A stretch of 64,000 nucleotides of DNA from Lytechinus pictus (GCF_037042905.1 NC_087246.1:6078001-6142000), one strand, 5' to 3'; shown: positions 12,672-26,119, counted from the stretch's first letter. Notes: generated by a model from the sequence alone, not told the origin. Numbers and translations are program-made.

Positions 12672-14492
12672 AGGGCTCTGGGAACGATTTTTTGGCTGGG
12701 GGTGCTGAAGTAGGCCTAAATTCAGGGGCGGATCCATCTTTCGCCAATAAGGGGGTGGGGCGAAAAAAAATTCACCAATTTTCCCCGATCGGCCACTCAA
12801 AGATGATTTCTGTTTGTTTCTTCGTAACAGTCACTACTTTGCTTTATTCTTATACAACATAGTAATCTCATAAACCATATTTAAATAGTGCGAGCGCGAA
12901 GCGTGAGCTAATTTTTTGGAAATCTCATGTATATTGTCCTGAAAATCGAACATTCTGGGCAATGTTTGTGATCCTAAACAAAAAGCGTATATAACTGATC
13001 GAAAAGGGACTTGTTAAGGACTGTCTGTAGTTAGCCATAAAGCGATACATATTAAATAATCGAATAAAGAGAGTGCGAAGCGCGAGCTGAAAATTTTTTT
13101 AAAAAATGAAATTTTAAGAATCGATCGTGGGCAGGAAAGGCATATAACTAAACAATGCGAGCGTGAAGCGTGAGCGAAAAAAAAAAGATATTTAGACCTA
13201 AAAACTAGTCACTCTATTCATGTTTTGTAAATCATGAAAAGAATAGGTAATTTGGTATCCTAAATCAATAATGTGAGCGCGAAGCGCGAGCAGAAATTTT
13301 AGTCTGAAACTGGATAAATTAAGCATGTTTTAAATAAAGAACAAGCTGTGTATCTCAATAAATATGCATGCGTGCGTTTAAGATTTATACCTAGTATCTG
13401 GGCATTTCTAAATATATTTTTTATCATGAAAATAAATAATGCGATCGCGAAACGCGAGCTGAAAATATTTGATATTCCTATCTGAAAAGGGGTCAATTTA
13501 AGCACTAACTCAAGCACTATATAGGAAAATTGTGAAGTGGATATTATGGATCGCTCTTAATAAATGATGTGAGCGCGAAGCGGAAGCTGATATTCTTTAT
13601 TATTTTTATTTTGATCTAAGACCTGGACATTCTAGGGACATTTTGTCATCATATGAAAATGATTACTTTCTTATTCCTCTTCCTAAGTGCGAAATATTCC
13701 TTATAAGCCTAATGACAGCTCGAAATTTGTTGATATTAATTTCTGAATACTGGAAATTTTAAGCACAAATTATTGAGAGCGCAAATCGCGATGTCATGAA
13801 AATGGGATTTTAAATAGTTTGTTATAGAATTGCTTATTATTTTAAAGGAAATTATTGAGGTATACGTTATATACTCACCCATCAAAATGCGAGCATGCAG
13901 CGCTGGCTGATAGGTTTTGACAATCAAACCTGAAAAGGTATATTTTGAGAACTTTATGTAATACACGAAGGGAATAGGTACCTGACAAATCAAATAATGC
14001 GAGCGAGCAGCGCGAGCTGAAAATGTTGATACTGAGACAATAAAACGGACATTTTACAAAGCACTTTTTGAAAATCAATTTATAAATCAAACAAAATAAT
14101 GAAAGCTCGATGTCGGAGCTGAAATATGTTTTGTATATTGACTTCAAAACTTAATATTTTAAGTTCCATTCTTTCACTTTTTTTAAATGCCTCCCCCCTT
14201 TTTTTGCTCCGCCATTGGGGAGTCCCGGGCCCCTTGGATCCGCCTATGTAAATTTGACAAGCAAAAAAAGGTTTCACTACAAAATGAAGGTCGTTTTGGT
14301 GCCAAGAAATTTGATAAGCCAAAAAAGGGTTTCAACACAAGATGTTGATCATTTTCCAAACATTTCTCCTATGTGACACACTAACCAGAATTCCAGGGGG
14401 TGCTGCCTATGGAAAATAATACACGCAGCACCCCCTGGGAAGAACTTGGGGGTGCTTCAGCACCCCCAGCACCCCTGCTTCCCGGGTCCATG
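12672..14492. mobile_element. hAT-like MITE inserted in H2
   Basis: Ends CAGGGCTCTGGGAA / TTCCCGGGTCCATG; degenerate flanking duplication (GGGGTAT / GGGTTAT); H2 resumes afterwards. Confidence 0.6.
12723..14248. mobile_element. hAT-like non-autonomous element with internal GCGAGCGCGAAGCGCGAGCTGAAA repeats
   Basis: Ends CAGGGGCGGATCC / GGATCCGCCTATG; TAAATT repeated on both flanks; periodic internal motif. Confidence 0.75.
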
Positions 14493-15303
14493 GGGTTATT
14501 TGTTGATTTCCATCATAACTTTAAAAGTTTATGGATCTGGTTTATGATACTTGGACATAAGAGTATAATCAAGTATCACTGAACATCCTTTCTGAGTTTC
14601 AGGTCACATGACCAAGGTTAAAGGTCGTTTAGAGTCAATGAACTTAGATTATGTTGGGGGAATCAAAACGAAATCTTAACCAAGGTAAAGCATTTTAAAT
14701 ATCATAACTCTGAAATTAAATCAATCTAGTTCATGAAACTTGGACATAAGAGTAATCAAGCATTAGTGAACATTCTGTTTGAGTTTCAGGTCACATGACC
14801 AAGGTAATTGAACTTTGGCCGTTTTTTTTTTTTTTTTTTTTTTTTTTGGGGGGGGGGGGGGTATTTGTTGAATTGCTATCATGACTTTGAAAGTTTATAT
14901 GGATATAGTTCATAAAATGTGGACATAAGGATAATCAAATATCACTGGTCGTCTTGCACAAGTCTTTGGTCACACGATCAAGGTTAAATGTCATTTAGGG
15001 TCAGTGAACATAGTATTTTATCATTATATGAATGGTGTTTTGTGAATGATTCTGTAGTCATTTTCAAAGTCAGCACTGCTGCTAAAATGAATCGCATAAT
15101 GCAGGCGAGATTGCCAGAGGCCCTCCACTTTTTTTTTTTTTTTTTTTTTTTTTTGGGGGGGGGGAGCTTTTGGCTTTTGAAATTTACCTCAGCACCCTTA
15201 GTAAAAAAAATCGTCCCAGGACCATGCACATTTTGTCTTAATGAAACATATTTCAATTGTCTAAAATAAATTGTAACCATTCAATTTAATTACTACTTGG
15301 CAA

Positions 15304-15385
15304 GCTGCCTTGGTCGAGTAGTCTAAGGTGCCTGGCTGACATATGAAAGTCCGGGATTCGATTCCCGTGAGCAAGGCAATTAATG
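15304..15385 (+). mobile_element. tRNA-derived SINE head
   Basis: A-box-like TGGTCGAGTAG and B-box-like GATTCGATTCCC; no complete cloverleaf. Confidence 0.55.
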
Positions 15386-16281
15386 GACAGTGCTCTTTTT
15401 CCAACATTCAAATAGATGGAAATACTACATACATTCCAGGTGACTAGGTGTGCCCTTTTTTTAAACCAAACAGAAAGCTTCTACTCGATGTACAACAAAG
15501 AGCCTTTCAGGGGTGGAATAAATACTTCCCACTGCCACGGGTCAGAAAATCATCTGTATACCTTGTCATAATATGAGCAATAACACAATTATACGCCCCT
15601 TTTCAGATCACAAGTATTGATAGTACATGATTGAGAAGAGTTTGAACTTACAACCATTTCAATATAAACCTCAAATAACTAATAATCATGAAATTGGACT
15701 TTGTTCTCCTTCTGTTATAGCCGACTTTGCATCGGATGAATCACATGTCCAGCTGATATATCTACTATCCCTGGCAAACTGTGCAGACACCTTCTTATTT
15801 GGAGTAGAAACAAACACCGTCAGGATTAATTGAACAATCGGAAACGATTATCTGGGTTTCTACAGATTGATTACGTTATTACCGGTACGTGAATTAGATT
15901 GATACTTATATTAGTATACCGCAGTAATTAATCGTGTACTTTATATTTTCCACGAGTATATATAGTCCTACCATGCAAGGTACACTGCTTTCACAGTGCC
16001 GGTTGCAGGCGCGGTTTTAGGGGTTGTTTTGGGGACTGAAGCCCCCCCCCCCAAAAAAAAAAAAAAAAAAAAAAAAAGATTCAACCACAAAGAAAAAATA
16101 GATATTTATGTAGGCCCTATATGTGTATAATGTATTGATTAATGCAGTAAAGTATACCATTCATGTTGTCAAGTGCTCTAAAATCAGTTTTTACTATCCA
16201 AATTCGAAAATTTTCTCGCTCGGTCGCGAGACGCTCCCTCGCATAATAACATCTAAATGCAGAATACATAATGCTCTCTTA

Positions 16282-16672
16282 TACCCCTTTCATAAACCCA
16301 ATAAAACACAATTATGCGGCTAATAGCAGCATAATTTGGTCGTAAAATCAGAGGAGGACAAGAGTTATCCGCATTATTCTGATGCTGCTATTATCCGCAT
16401 AATAGCGGCATCGGGACAAGATTTTGAGTTTATGAACGTATTTCCAAATAATGCGGATAATTGCCATGGTGCGGTCACAAGGTCACCCTTTTCCAACACA
16501 ACCGCATTGGAGGGGGCGTGTCCAGTTGTCATGACGATTATCCGCCTTTTTCAGGACGGGCGCTCGTAAAAATAATTTATGGAGTTTGTGAACGCAATTT
16601 TTATTGAATTATCCGCATTACTCTTAGGCGGCTAATTGGAGGATATGTTTTATTGGGTTTATGAAAGGGGTA
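16282..16672. mobile_element. PIF/Harbinger-type MITE
   Basis: TIR TACCCCTTTCATAAACCCAATAAAACA and its reverse complement; TTA on both flanks. Confidence 0.85.
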
Positions 16673-17688
16673 TTAGAGTACAAGTATAGGAAGTCAATGA
16701 TCTCCTGCAATATAGTAGACTGCCTCATTTATACTTCCAATATACTCCCTGATTGAGGCTAAACTTAACATATAGTTTAGAGTCAGGAGTGTCGATCCCG
16801 TTCGGATGGTGAGAGGGGATAAAGACAATGCAAAGAATTTCACGCGTGAAGCACACCGAAAAATTAGTAGTTCATTAGTATTTCTATGTCATTCGATGGT
16901 TTAATAGCGTTTTCGGATGTATTTATCAAACAATTTTTTGCAATGGATTCATAAATGTTTCCTTTTGTCAAAATTATTTGGCAGTGCAAATCGACATGAT
17001 CGATGTGTTTGCCGCATCCCCAATATTTTCATGGCAATCACCCCTGCCCCATTACGGAAGCAACATGTATAATGATTTGACTCTATTCTTTACACTATCT
17101 ATTGTGTAGACTTTTGTCTTACACAGGGCAGTGATCATTGGGTCGTATTCTTTGCAGCCTATATGCATGTTCAGTATCCCATCCGTGCCTGGAGAGAGTA
17201 ACAACACAAATTCATTTCCTGATAACCAATCCTACACCCTATCGTTAAATGCCCTTATCTACATCTATATTACACCCATCAGGCCCTTACGGATGTTATA
17301 TTTTGATGAGAAATTCTCAAGCATTTTAAAATATGATTTTATTTCGTTCGGTCGCTACGCTCACTCGCGTGATATTTGTTATATTTTTCATAGGGAGGAC
17401 TATAGCTGCTTGGATATAAGGCTACCCACAAAAGGCCATTTTCATTGTATTGAATAGACCAACGTCGACATTTCTTAAGCCCCCAGAAGCCCCCCCCCCC
17501 CCCACCAAAAAAACAAAAAAAAATTATTAATAAGAATAAAACTTTTAGTCTAGAACCACGCCTGGCCAGTTATAGTATTAAATAGTATTATTTGTAGATG
17601 GTAACTTTCCATTCATTACAGATCATTTCTATTACATTGTGTTATGCGTGGGAGGTCTGAATTTGTGAAAAATATTGGAGTAATAAGA

Positions 17689-20430
17689 CAGTGGCGGATC
17701 CAGGGGGGTGGCGCAGGGGGCGCGCGCCCCCCCCCCCCCACCTAATATTTGAGCGGCGCCGAAGGCGCCGCTCAAAAAAAAAAAAAAAGTAAAAGAAAGA
17801 AAAGGTGCTGCTTGAAAAAATAAAAAACAAAGGAAAGAAAAGAAAAGGCGCCGCTTAAAAAAATTATACACTGATATAATGTTAGCAACAGCAAGGAAAG
17901 ACTATCCCCCAGCAAAGCACAATCATATCATCTTCCTTATCTTTTCTTTTAACTACCCTTTTCCCAACAACTTCGCCGGTTAAAAATAATCAGCAGTGCG
18001 CTGCCTGCATATAACTGGTGCCAATCAAGAATAATCAGCGCCACCTTAATCTAAATCGGCGCCGGACAAGAATAATCAGCGCCATTTGGTTATAAATCGG
18101 CGCCAGTCGAGAAAAATCGGCACTGCCAGAGTCTTAACCGGCGCCGATCAAGGATAATCTGCGCCACCTAAATCTAAATCGGCACCAGATAAAAATAATC
18201 GGCGCCATCTGGTTATAAATCGGCGCCGGTACAGAAAAATCGACGCTGCCTGAGTTCGTAACCGGCGCCGATCAAGGATAATCAGCGCCACCTAAATCTA
18301 AATCGGCGCCGGGCAAGAATAAACGGCGCCATCTGGTTATAAATAGGCGCTGCCAGAGTCTTAACCGGCGCCGATCAAGAATAATCAGCTCCACCTAAAT
18401 CTAAATCGGCGCCGGGCAAGAATAAACGGCGCCATCTGGTTATAAATCGGCGCCGGTAAAGAAAAATCGGCGCTGCCTGAGTTCGTAACCGGCGCCGATC
18501 AAGGATAATCAGTGCCACCTATATCTAAATCGGGGCTGGTCAAGAATAATCAGCGCCATCTGGTTATAAATCGGCGTTGCCTGAGTCTTAACCGGCGCCG
18601 ATCAAGAATAATCAGCTCCACCTGAATCTAAATTGGCACCGGACAAGAATAATCAGCACCACCTGGTTAAAAATCGGCGCCAGTCAAGAATAATCGGCGC
18701 CTCCTGGTTCTAAATCGGCGCCAGTCAATTATGAATTGCCGCTGCCTGAATCTTACGTGACGTCGGTAAAAATAATCAGCACTACTTGTTCTAAATCGGC
18801 GCCGGTCAAGAATAATCAGCGTCCCCTGGTTCCAATAAATAGGCGCCGGTAGAATAATAAGGAAGGGCCTATTGCCAACCAAATCTAGATCGGCACCGGT
18901 CAAGAATGATCAGCGGCACCTGGTTATACATTTTATTGTTGAATGGTCATAACAAAGCTTATCGCATGCCCTTACAGAGTGGACTGGGGCGGGGCAGTTG
19001 CCCACAGAATGACAGATGTCATGAAATCTTTAATTTATTTAAAAAATCCCAGAATCATACAAAAGCGTAGAGCAAATCCTTTAATTTTGATCTTATTTTC
19101 CAATGCTTTAATAAAAAGAAGGTCAGTCACCTTTCTTCTTTACACATTCCACATAGTGCCACCTCTACGGCCTTTAGTTTAAGACAGCTACTATAGTGTT
19201 TTATGAAGATGATTCGATATTTTAGCCCAAAACTTTTCTAAAACCGGAAATACGTTTTTTCAGGACTAAACGTCAAAAGAACTCCCGCTTCGATTTGCAA
19301 TAATCTTTTGCTGGATATAATCTTGTTCTTTATTACAAACGTCCATTAAACTGTCATTTTTTTCCAGATCGAAATATCAAGATTTTAAGCTCGCGCTTCG
19401 CGCTCGCATCTATTGTTTTTTTTAAATACCCATCTTAATCATTGGTACCAAAAATGCATAGAATATCAAGCTTTCTGGTCAGAATATAAAGAAATTTCAG
19501 CTCGCCCTCGGCACTCGCATTATCTGTGTAGTGAGATATGTATCCTCCTCATGAGTTACTACAAACAGTCCTAAACAGGCACCTTTTTTCTGTTTTCAGG
19601 TCAGTATACTAAAATATTTTAGCTCGCGCTTCGCGCTCGCATTAATTTGTTGGTGAGATATGTGTTTCTATCTCATGAGTCATATAAATATATATATATA
19701 TATGCATATGTGTGTGTGTATTTGTGTGAGTTTGTTTGTTTTGTGTGATATCGAGCGCCTTTGGAAAGTTGATTCATGATTTTGCCCCCCAAATCTTAAA
19801 AAAAGGATCGACGCCCCTGTGTATATATATATATACATATAGTAACAAAAACTTGTATCTCTATTAATATACAAAAGTATTGGCCTCATCGCAATAAAAG
19901 GGTTAATACACGAGATTTTGAAATCGCACATAACATGCATAATTTGTGTTACTTTTTGCTTGTTTCTTTCTTTAATAAGTTTTTCAATCTCTCTCTATAT
20001 ATGTTTTAGAAAGATTATATGTTTAAATTGATGTATATTTCTGTTATAATGAGATATGTTTAAGTGGACTTCAGGGAATGGTCGTACGCAGCAAGGGGGA
20101 AGGGGGGGGGGCACATTCGCGATCTGCTGTTGTGAAAAACAATTTTTTTCCCTTAACATTTCATGAAAACTATGAAAAATGTGCAAAATAATGTGAGATG
20201 TGCACCAAATTTTCGAGTCTTGCCCCCCCCCCCCCGGAAATTTTATCTGCGTGTGGTCATGCTAAATGGCATGACTGGAAATCCTACATTTTGAAAAGAG
20301 CATTCGACAGGGTCAGACTTTACCCCTTTTTCAACATTTTCTTTTATGGCGCCGGTGAAGTGCAAAAATATGTGCGCCGCTCGGCAGTGCGCCCCCCCCC
20401 CCTTTCGCCAAAAGCTGGATCCGCCTATGT
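17689..20430. mobile_element. Possible composite hAT-like non-autonomous element enclosing the GGCGCC array
   Basis: Ends CAGTGGCGGATCCAG / CTGGATCCGCCTATG; only a partial flanking match (TAAGA); contains a minus-strand family C fragment (about 19240-19819). Confidence 0.5.
17972..18930. repeat. Higher-order minisatellite of about 21-bp AATCGGCGCC-containing subunits
   Basis: AATCGGCGCC/AATCAGCGCC recurs every 20-22 bp; blocks such as CACCTAAATCTAAATCGGC recur at about 105-125 bp periods. Confidence 0.9.
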
Positions 20431-20629
20431 AAGACATGTAAGAGGAACGATAATAGTTCGTATGTCTACAATATTATGAGACTTTCAAAACCAAGTCCAT
20501 GCCGAAATATGAAATTGTCTCTCCTGCAAAATGACAGTGTCTGGTAAATTACCTTAAACCTTCGTGTTTCTTTTTCAGATTTTCCTGTTGCTGCTGACAC
20601 GCTTGATCTCCACTAAAATATCAGACAAC

Positions 20630-21544
20630 ATGTCGATGACCACTAAAGAAGCGATCGTCTTCTTGCGAGATGCTCTTGGTATTGAAACCACGATGGAGAG
20701 GATTCATCAGGACAAGGTTGCATTCTTGGATGAACTTGTAGTAGCATGGCTCCAGCATATCCCTTTCCAATCCATCAAGGCTATCTCTGTACCTCACCCT
20801 AACCGCCATCTTCCTACATTCAAGGAGATCAAACAGGATCTGTTGTCTAAGGTTGGTGGTCTGTGCTACGACCACAGTCTGAGTACGATGGCCGTCCTCC
20901 AAGCCTTGGGTTACGAGGTTTCCTTGGTGACATGTGACGTCAGCTTCAAAGACAGTCATGCCTTGAATCTTGTTCACAATGCCTCCTACCAAGGTAGCAT
21001 CCATATGGTGGATGTTGGATCGGGGTACCCAACATTCAAGGCTATACCGTTCAACTTTGATCTTGTATCTCCCGAGTACCATCATTCATATCTCCGCTTC
21101 CGGTTTATCCGCGAAGGAGACCTCATCATCCGTCAACACCATGCTGATACTGACCCTAGAGCTTCACTGTGGCCCGACAGAGTCAAGGATGGCTGGTATT
21201 CCTTCATTTACATCCATGCTGACCAGCCGCAGAAGGTCTCCTACTTTGATGAAGCCATGACAACTGTCTACACCAAGAAGATACCTACTCCACCATATCT
21301 TACCAGCCCTCGATGCATGGCCTGGCCACATGGTCGGTTCACCTGCATCAAAGACACAACCTTATTACTTGAGAATGATGAGGGTCGAGTTGAAAAGTTT
21401 TATCTAAAGTCACTTCATGATGTCCTTACTGCGTACAAGAAGTACTTCCCACAATTCCCCGAAGAAACTTTGAAAGCGGTCATGAATGACCCATGGGTTG
21501 ATATAGACTACTCTAAAATATTACCAGCTACTGGACATGCCTAG
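20630..21544 (+). CDS. Arylamine N-acetyltransferase family protein (NAT-A), 304 aa, intronless CDS
   Basis: HIPFQ, GGLCYDH (Cys), DSHAL (His), VDVGSG (Asp); splice acceptor TTTTTCAG ending at 20578 precedes ATG 20630. Confidence 0.92.
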   Translation: MSMTTKEAIVFLRDALGIETTMERIHQDKVAFLDELVVAWLQHIPFQSIKAISVPHPNRHLPTFKEIKQDLLSKVGGLCYDHSLSTMAVLQALGYEVSLVTCDVSFKDSHALNLVHNASYQGSIHMVDVGSGYPTFKAIPFNFDLVSPEYHHSYLRFRFIREGDLIIRQHHADTDPRASLWPDRVKDGWYSFIYIHADQPQKVSYFDEAMTTVYTKKIPTPPYLTSPRCMAWPHGRFTCIKDTTLLLENDEGRVEKFYLKSLHDVLTAYKKYFPQFPEETLKAVMNDPWVDIDYSKILPATGHA

Positions 21545-22202
21545 ATTTTAGTGGTCATTCACATTTACTATAATTTTGTTTTCTACATGTATACATACTA
21601 AATACAATAGAAGGAGCACCATGTAATCGATTAGTAACTAAAGTGTTATTTGTTTGAAATAACTTTACAGAACTATATAGGAAGTCAACGTCTGCATCAT
21701 TGAATCCATTTATAACTTCAAACAGATTGAACCCTTTCCTTATTATATCCAAGATACCCACAAAAGAGATGTTTTAGTTGGACCTTTTTTATTTAAAAAA
21801 GAATCTGCATATCGTTTTATGTCGTTTTTTCGACCGGTGTTACAGCGGATATGCCTACATCTATCACGTGTTATTGATAGCTCTAATTATTCATAATATC
21901 AACTTACACAAGAAACATACTGATATACTGTATGCCCCTTCTGTAATTACAATTCAATAGTGTTTGGACTTCGGTTGGCATATGTCTACGTATCGCCTTA
22001 TTGCAGAGATTATATCCGCTGTTATTCGCTAGAATATGGTTTTATCATAATGAAGCATGTATGAATTGAATGATTCCAACGACTTTTAAACATGGTTATA
22101 TAACATAACTTTGATCATGAACCAATCAATATAACCTTCAAACTAGCGTGAATGGAACAAAGGGTAGGCCTACTTTAATATCCTAACGAATTTATCTCTA
22201 TA

Positions 22203-23021
22203 CAGTGCGTCCCACAAAAAACGAAACCGAGATTTATCGAAGATTTATCATAACTTAATCACAAGTACAATAGACAAATGACCTACCATTTTAGAGCTTA
22301 GAATCTCCTCTTTCATCTGAAATTACTTAGATTATTTCTCATTCACGCATGAGTGAGCAATAACAATTTGAAAAGGGGATACCAAAAAGTCACTTGGCGG
22401 GCCGTATCTAGGTTTTAAAAAGAAAACCACATTTTTAAAAAGTTCAATATCTGCTCTTTAATTTGATACCTCAATTACAGAAAATGGTCTAGAAATAACA
22501 AAGTTCTGGTTATTTGAAATAAGGCTTGAATTTCAATAATTTCATAAAATGAAGAGGTTTTACAGGTTAGCGTTCAAACTCACTCGACACTCCGTTTTGT
22601 TGACGATCAGCCATGCATTTAGTCTTTTGTTACCGTGCGATAGCCTCTATGGGAAACCGATGAAAACACGTTTATTTAATGAAATTATGGAAATACAAGC
22701 ATAGTTTCGAGGGATCATAACTTTTTTACTTCTTGACCATTTTCTGTGATTAAGGTATCAAATAAAAGAGCAGATATTGAACTTTTTAGTCATGCGATTT
22801 TCCTTTTGAAATTCAGATACCCCCCGCCAAATGAGTTTTTGGCATCCTTTCTTCGAATTGTTTCTGCTCACTCATGCGTGAATGAGGAATAATCTAAGTA
22901 ATACCAGATGAAAGAGGAGATTCTAAGCTTTACATTGATAGGTCATTTGTCTATTTTATTTATGATTAAGTTATGATAAATCATCGCTAAATGTCGGTTT
23001 CGTTTTTTTTGGGACGCACTG
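22203..23021. mobile_element. Tc1/mariner-type MITE with long imperfect TIRs
   Basis: CAGTGCGTCCCACAAAAAACGAAACCGA ... TCGGTTTCGTTTTTTTTGGGACGCACTG, TA on both flanks; second copy at 38704. Confidence 0.92.
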
Positions 23022-23714
23022 TACATGTATATAGTTTACAATAATAAGATAATAATACAGAGTATTTCTAAAGCGCCAAATCCACAATGAGTATGTGCTC
23101 AAGGAGATTTAAAACATTTATTTTCATTTAGTTATTCCAAATGCCAATGAACTTTTTAACCAGAATTTTGAACGTTGAATACATATTATATTAAGATTAC
23201 AAAAAAAATCTGCAAGCGTTTTCCACATTTTGGGGGAATTTATAACGTGTGTGATGCCCAATAATTCCTTTCATAAGGCATCCTAATTCCTGATGATTAT
23301 TATGATCCCATCTTCTTCCATTCTCACCTCACCTCTAACCAGTGAGTAAATGAGTTTTTATTGAATAAACATCAGCTGTTTAATCATAATTTGTTTGTTT
23401 TAATATAGCAGACATTTATTTCTCTTTCTTTCTGTAATTTCAGTTGATTATTGTTATACCATCATTGTTTTAAATGACTTAACGTGATTTCAAAAAGTCC
23501 CGCCTTGGCAGACGATTTGAGACAGCATCTAATCTTTCAACTGCTAAAAATTATTTCGCTCGCTCTCACAACAAAATATATGGGTCATTAAACCTCGTGT
23601 AGTTCGGTAGTTTATGTTTCAAAAATCATGAAAACATCCTCGAGAAACATGCGAGTGACACGATTATCATGCCATATGGTTAGTGGTGTCATCTTGAGAA
23701 GAAGGTATATGTTT

Positions 23715-24317
23715 TTGAAGGTCAAGTCCACCCCCAAAAAATGTTGATTTGAATAAAAAGAGAAAAATCAAACTAGCTAAACACTGAAAATTTCATCAAA
23801 ATCGGATGTAAAATAAGAAAGTTATCACACTTTAAAGTCTTGCTTATTTTTCACAAAACAGTGATATGCAAAACTCAAAAGAGAAGGTTGATGATGTCCC
23901 TCACTCACTATATTTCTTTTGTACTTTATTGTTTGAATTATACAATATTTCATTCTTTATATATTTGACAATAAGGACCAACTTGACTGAATCATATAGT
24001 ATTAAACAATGCTCATTCCACATGATCAGGGAGGAATTAATCGTTGTTTTACATGACAATGAGGGGAGAAATAGAACATTCCCTATTTCATATAATAAAA
24101 TACAAAAGAAATAGTGAGTGGATGACGTCATCAGTCTCCTCATTTGCATACCCACCAGGATGTGCATATCACTGCTTTGTGAAATTAAGCAAAACTTTAA
24201 AATGTCATAACTTTCTTATTTTACATCCGATTTTGATGAAATTTTCAGTGTTTTACTTGTTGGATTTTTCTCTTTTTATTCAATTCACCTTTTTGTTGGG
24301 GTGGACTTGTTCTTTAA
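23715..24317. mobile_element. TTAA-targeting MITE (Kolobok/piggyBac-like)
   Basis: AGGTCAAGTCCACCCC ... GGGGTGGACTTGTTCT-TTAA; long imperfect inverted arms; left TTAA degenerate. Confidence 0.75.
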
Positions 24318-25199
24318 TAAGTACACACACAACACACACACTGAAATTACAGAGAAAGCCTATCGCAATTCCATTTAATTTAATGTAGGATAAGAGAGTA
24401 CAGTTCATGTCCCTGGGAAGTGGGGGTGCTGTATGGAGCACCACCAAGATTTTCATTCAGGGGTGTTGTGTGTATTATTCTCCATAGACAGCACCGCCAG
24501 GAATTCTGGTAGGTTTTAAAGGGGGATAAATGTAGCCAAAATGACCTATATTTTGTAGTGAAAACCCCTTTTTCGCTTGTCAAATTTCTCGGGACCAACA
24601 TAACCTTCATTTTGTAGTGAAACTTTTTTTTTTGCATTTTACATCAGCACCCCCAGTTAAAAAAAAAAATCGTTTCCAGGGCAGTTGATTACTGAATGCC
24701 TCGTTCGAGGGCATACATGCCGTGGCATGTTGTTAACTTAGGTTTTAAGGCGCGTGTCATTCAGATATGAATATTTACGCCTATGATTAATTTGTCATTT
24801 TTGTGGTTATAAAATTTGATGCATTATGGATCAACGCTGCTTTAAGACAATTTATATGAGATCGAAAGGCGGCTCATCACAAATCATTGATTGTTTGAAT
24901 AGTATTTTCTGGCCAACCTGGTTCAGTAATTTGAACGGTCTTCTCAGCATGCGCGTCATTGCTAATAAAAAGCAAGCACTACCTATATAGGCCCCCCAAT
25001 ACCCAACCAAGACAGTGTGATGCCTGTCAACAGACCTCTCCTTCCGAAGTTTGAAAAGAGAAAATAAAAAATGTGTAATATAAAATACATGTTACTGCAT
25101 GATGTACCATAACCTATACAAAAGAAACAATTAATTAATGCAGACATTCTGGGCTTGTGCTCGGTGCGATTAATGTCATATGTTATTATTCAATGTTAT

Positions 25200-26100
25200 A
25201 TGTTTTACATGGTTATTTGGAATGTTCTATCGATTCATAGATGGATGACCCCTGTGTACATAGACTAAGGGGAACTTCAAAATGTAGAAGCCAAATTACA
25301 AGTAAATTTAGAGAGAGGAAAACAAAGCAAAACAAAAAAATTACAAAAATAACAAAATAAAAATAAAACATATCATATACATATATACACATTATATTCA
25401 TATTTTTACAGCCTGCTATGTCTTGTAATGATTATGTTATGCAGAGAGAACTTAAAAATAAGAGAGTCTATGTGTCCTTCTTACGAAAGACACAAGTGCT
25501 CTCTGGTGTGAAGCCTCTGATGAAGATAATGATCCTTCGAGATCTGCTGCCTCTTGGCAGTCTGTATCGACTAACAGCATTGTCATTTCTATAATATATT
25601 TTGTGCATTCAGTTAGAAAATGTCTTGTTGTTTCAGGCACTCCACAAACATCGCATAATCCAGATAGGTGTATTTTGAATAGAAATAGGTTTTGGTTTAA
25701 TCTTATATTTTCCATTCTGGATTCACTATTCTTGTGGTTCAAGGAACATTTAAAAGTTCCTGCTACATTTTTTGGATTCTTTTTAAGGAGGATACAGTTT
25801 CCTCCCATCTATTTCGCAATTTTTGCATATAATAAAATTTGATCATACTATTTGATTCTCTTTTATTTAGTTTATTATGGATGTCAATTGTAGGATGTAT
25901 TAAAGCACCTTTGGCGGCCACTACCACTTCATTGACAGTGATGTTACAATGCCCAGGTATCCACTCATAACAAATATGTATTCCTTTATGATGAAGTTGT
26001 GTCTGGAGCATCAACAACTCATAAATGAACTGTTCTTCGTTGTTGTTTTTCAAAGCTTCTAGTGCTCCAAGAGAGTCACAGAATATAACCGCTCCTGTGT
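25200..26100 (-). mobile_element. 3' remnant of an RNase H-containing LINE (I/Nimb-like)
   Basis: AVIFCDSLGALEAL...WIPGHCNITVNE (RNase H) then frameshifted CDVCGVPETTRHFLTEC (C-terminal Zn knuckle); boundaries approximate. Confidence 0.85.
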
Positions 26101-26119
26101 GTAATCCTGGTACCTGTAT

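Larger units (their letters stand above)
12416..15130 (+). mobile_element. Non-autonomous Helentron/DINE-1-like element, family H2, with nested insertions
   Basis: Degenerate sub-terminal inverted repeat (family consensus GTCTCGCCTGCA / TGCAGGCGAGAC), (CGG)n tract, internal GTCACATGACCAAGGTCAAAGGTCA repeats; homologous copies at 44325, 48876, 62608. Confidence 0.75.

Noticed and set aside
15304..15385. Possible tRNA genes here and at 26120 and 39720
   Set aside because: A and B boxes only, no full cloverleaf; treated as SINE heads.
17972..18930. CRISPR-like repeat-spacer appearance
   Set aside because: Linkers are about 11 nt and recur cyclically rather than being unique; eukaryotic context; no cas genes.
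20564..20629. Hydrophobic N-terminal extension of NAT-A resembling a signal peptide
   Set aside because: Starts at GTG and runs through a polypyrimidine tract and acceptor; NAT-B aligns from about the ATG at 20630.
20621..21260. Antisense and alternate-frame ORFs over NAT-A (likewise over NAT-B)
   Set aside because: Shadow ORFs of real coding sequence with no independent motifs.
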